Below, one piece after another: positions 35,958 to 37,545 of a stretch of 37,545 bases of DNA. The position numbers were made by a program, and so were the translations under genes. This stretch comes from Acutalibacteraceae bacterium. Its GTDB lineage: Bacteria; Bacillota_I; Bacilli_A; Erysipelotrichales; Erysipelotrichaceae. The notes beneath the pieces are model-generated. The model was given only the letters and a program-made list of their open reading frames with translations. It searched no databases and was not told where the DNA came from. The stretch is from assembly GCA_963628775.1 (NCBI GenBank), contig CAVGFC010000044.1, positions 1 to 37,545 of the forward strand, given 5' to 3'. How positions within the stretch are numbered: position 1 is the first letter of the stretch; every line of letters begins with the position of its first letter.

Positions 35958-37216
35958 ATTCAATAAGTGTTACTACACTTGTTAGATATTTAAAAAATAA
36001 ATTAGATAGTGATAGTGCTTTAAGTAGTTTACTTGTAAGTGGCGAACTATCTAATTTTCGTAAAAGCCCTTCAGGCCATCTTTATTTCACTCTAAAGGAT
36101 GAAAATTGTTCAATAAGTTGTGTAATGTTTAAATCAAAGGCAGCTTATTTAAATTTTAATCCTAAAAATGGTGATAAAGTTTTATTACAAGGCTCTGTTT
36201 CTTTATTTGAAGCAAGTGGTCAAATGCAGTTATATGTTAATAGTCTAAGGCTTGATGGCATTGGTGATTTATATGCCAAATATGAAGAGCTCAAGAATAA
36301 ACTTTACAGTGAAGGCTTATTTGCCGATGATCATAAAAAAGATATTCCTACAAAATATCCTTTAAAAGTTGCGGTATTATGTGGTGATAATTCAGCGGCG
36401 ATGTCTGATATTAAAATTCAATTTAAAAGAAGATGGCCCTTATGTAAGGTGGATTATTATCCTGTTATTGTTCAAGGTTTACAAGCTAGTGCAGATATAA
36501 TTGAAAAGCTATTAAAAGTAGATGAATTAAATTATGAAATAATTGTTTTAGCAAGAGGTGGTGGCTCTTTTGAAGACTTATTTTGTTTTAATGATGAAAC
36601 ATTAGTTAGAACCATCTATTCTTTAAAAACATTTATTGTATCTGGGGTAGGGCATGAACAAGACTTCACTTTAGCTGATTTTGTCTCAGATTTAAGAGCA
36701 CCAACACCAACAGGTGCCATTGAGCTTATTACGCCAAATATTGTAGATGTAAATGAAGAGATTGATGATTTAGGTTCTGAATTAAATTATTTAATGGATA
36801 ATAAGATTACTTATATTAAAGATAGTCTTGATTCTCTTGTCAATAACAAGTACCTTCTAAATCCGAAATTATTGATAGATAAAACATCTCTCAAGTTAGA
36901 TTATTATCTAGAAAGAATTAATAGTTTTTCTAATAGATTACTTTCTATTAATAAAGATATTGATAATACTGTTAATAATATGGCTATTAATCTAAATATA
37001 AAGCTTAATAAAAGGCAAAATGATTTAGATAAGCTAAATTCCTTACTAAAGGCATATAGCGTAGATAATACGCTTAAAAGAGGTTATAGCCTAGTTTATA
37101 AGGATAATAAGCTATTAAAAGATAAAGTTAATATCGATGATGATTTGTTAATTGAAACATATCTAGATAAAATTAATGTAAGTGTAAAGAAAGTGAGTAA
37201 AAAATGGCCAAATTAA
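35954..37216 (+). CDS. xseA: Exodeoxyribonuclease VII large subunit
   Basis: OB-fold N-terminus (VSGELSNFRKSPSGHLYFTLKD), ARGGGSFEDL, GVGHEQD and RAPTPTGA. ATGA overlap with nusB. Confidence 0.92.
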   Translation: MNSISVTTLVRYLKNKLDSDSALSSLLVSGELSNFRKSPSGHLYFTLKDENCSISCVMFKSKAAYLNFNPKNGDKVLLQGSVSLFEASGQMQLYVNSLRLDGIGDLYAKYEELKNKLYSEGLFADDHKKDIPTKYPLKVAVLCGDNSAAMSDIKIQFKRRWPLCKVDYYPVIVQGLQASADIIEKLLKVDELNYEIIVLARGGGSFEDLFCFNDETLVRTIYSLKTFIVSGVGHEQDFTLADFVSDLRAPTPTGAIELITPNIVDVNEEIDDLGSELNYLMDNKITYIKDSLDSLVNNKYLLNPKLLIDKTSLKLDYYLERINSFSNRLLSINKDIDNTVNNMAINLNIKLNKRQNDLDKLNSLLKAYSVDNTLKRGYSLVYKDNKLLKDKVNIDDDLLIETYLDKINVSVKKVSKKWPN

Positions 37217-37389
37217 AGTTTGAAGATAAGATGAAAAGACTTCAAGAAATAGTTGAATTACTAGATGATGAAAATACTGATTTAGATAAGTCAATTGAGT
37301 TATATAAAGAAGGCTTAGATTTATCTAAGGATTTAAAGAAACAATTAATTAGCTATGAGAGCCAAATAGAGGAAATAAATCATGACTAA
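37204..37389 (+). CDS. xseB: Exodeoxyribonuclease VII small subunit
   Basis: 61 aa. FEDKMKRLQEIVELLDDENTDLDKSIELYKEGLDLSK is typical XseB. Confidence 0.88.
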   Translation: MAKLKFEDKMKRLQEIVELLDDENTDLDKSIELYKEGLDLSKDLKKQLISYESQIEEINHD

Positions 37390-37545
37390 TTTTGAAACAT
37401 ATTTATTTAATAGTTTAGATGTTTATAAAGATAATGAAATTAAAGAGGCTATGAAATATTGTCTAGAAGGTGGCAAACGTTTTAGACCAAATATTATGTT
37501 TGCGATTTTAAAGGGCTATGGTTTTAATGAAGAAGTAGCTTATGG
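37382..37545 (+). CDS. ispA: Polyprenyl (farnesyl/geranyl) diphosphate synthase, N-terminal part (3' end outside the window)
   Basis: My translation is MTNFETYLFNSLDVYKDNEIKEAMKYCLEGGKRFRPNIMFAILKGYG..., which includes the GGKRxRP motif. Conserved position after xseB. Confidence 0.75.
   Translation, partial: MTNFETYLFNSLDVYKDNEIKEAMKYCLEGGKRFRPNIMFAILKGYGFNEEVAY

Noticed and set aside
1-37545. Possibility of Mollicutes-type genetic code 4 (TGA = Trp), given the very low G+C
   Set aside because: TGA terminates sufS, priA, rsmB, rlmN and pknB at the expected protein C-termini, usually overlapping the next gene's start. Trp positions in conserved motifs are encoded by TGG. The standard code 11 fits.
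1-37545. CRISPR arrays, IS elements or transposases, integrases, prophage genes, toxin-antitoxin pairs, restriction-modification or other defence systems, and biosynthetic clusters
   Set aside because: I saw no spaced direct repeats and no terminal inverted repeats. No ORF has transposase, integrase, nuclease-ATPase or phage-like sequence. Every intergenic gap is under about 180 nt and is accounted for. The PhoH-like ATPase and the PP2C/kinase pair are in their normal housekeeping contexts.

Overview
This is an AT-rich chromosomal segment of Bacillota (Firmicutes) type, about 30% G+C by eye (not computed). It uses the standard genetic code, since TGA ends several conserved proteins at their expected C-termini. 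The window is densely packed core housekeeping DNA. I call 43 CDS (39 on the + strand), one tRNA, one r-protein leader/attenuator, several intrinsic terminators and a set of promoter elements.

Gene content, in order:
- sufS(partial)-sufU-sufB
- a DUF975/PF06541 fusion membrane protein and a membrane-anchored metallophosphoesterase
- priA-rsmB-rlmN-stp-pknB(PASTA)-rpe, with rpmB convergent
- ftsA-ftsZ-PHP phosphoesterase
- a CNNM/CorC-type transporter, then rsmE-mtaB-(MurE-like)-rpsU-phoH
- dagK (minus strand)
- rdgB, a Lit-like membrane protein, trmL, a hypothetical protein and a YfcE-type phosphoesterase
- L20 leader-infC-rpmI-rplT-tRNA-Glu(CUC)
- an orphan GH13 gene and gltX (minus strand)
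- TSCPD protein, DUF885 lipoprotein, lspA, rluD, rhomboid and comEB
- a DUF5662-like gene (minus strand)
- nusB-xseA-xseB-ispA(partial)

I found no CRISPR array, IS element, prophage, toxin-antitoxin pair or recognisable defence or secondary-metabolite system, and I do not claim a hidden novel system.

The observations most worth a second look:
1. A MurE-like Mur-ligase homologue keeps the fold-level sequence, but every catalytic or ATP-binding motif I can align is substituted, so it may be a pseudoenzyme.
2. Seven transcription-unit-leading genes have a -10 hexamer exactly 6-7 nt upstream of the start codon and no Shine-Dalgarno sequence, which suggests leaderless mRNAs. The other unit-leading genes have strong SDs.
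3. FtsA has degenerate nucleotide-binding motifs.
4. infC starts at a non-canonical ATC behind an L20-type attenuator, which the ORF track mis-starts.
5. tRNA-Glu carries an unusual CUC anticodon and sits inside the infC operon.
6. rpsU is missing from the ORF track.
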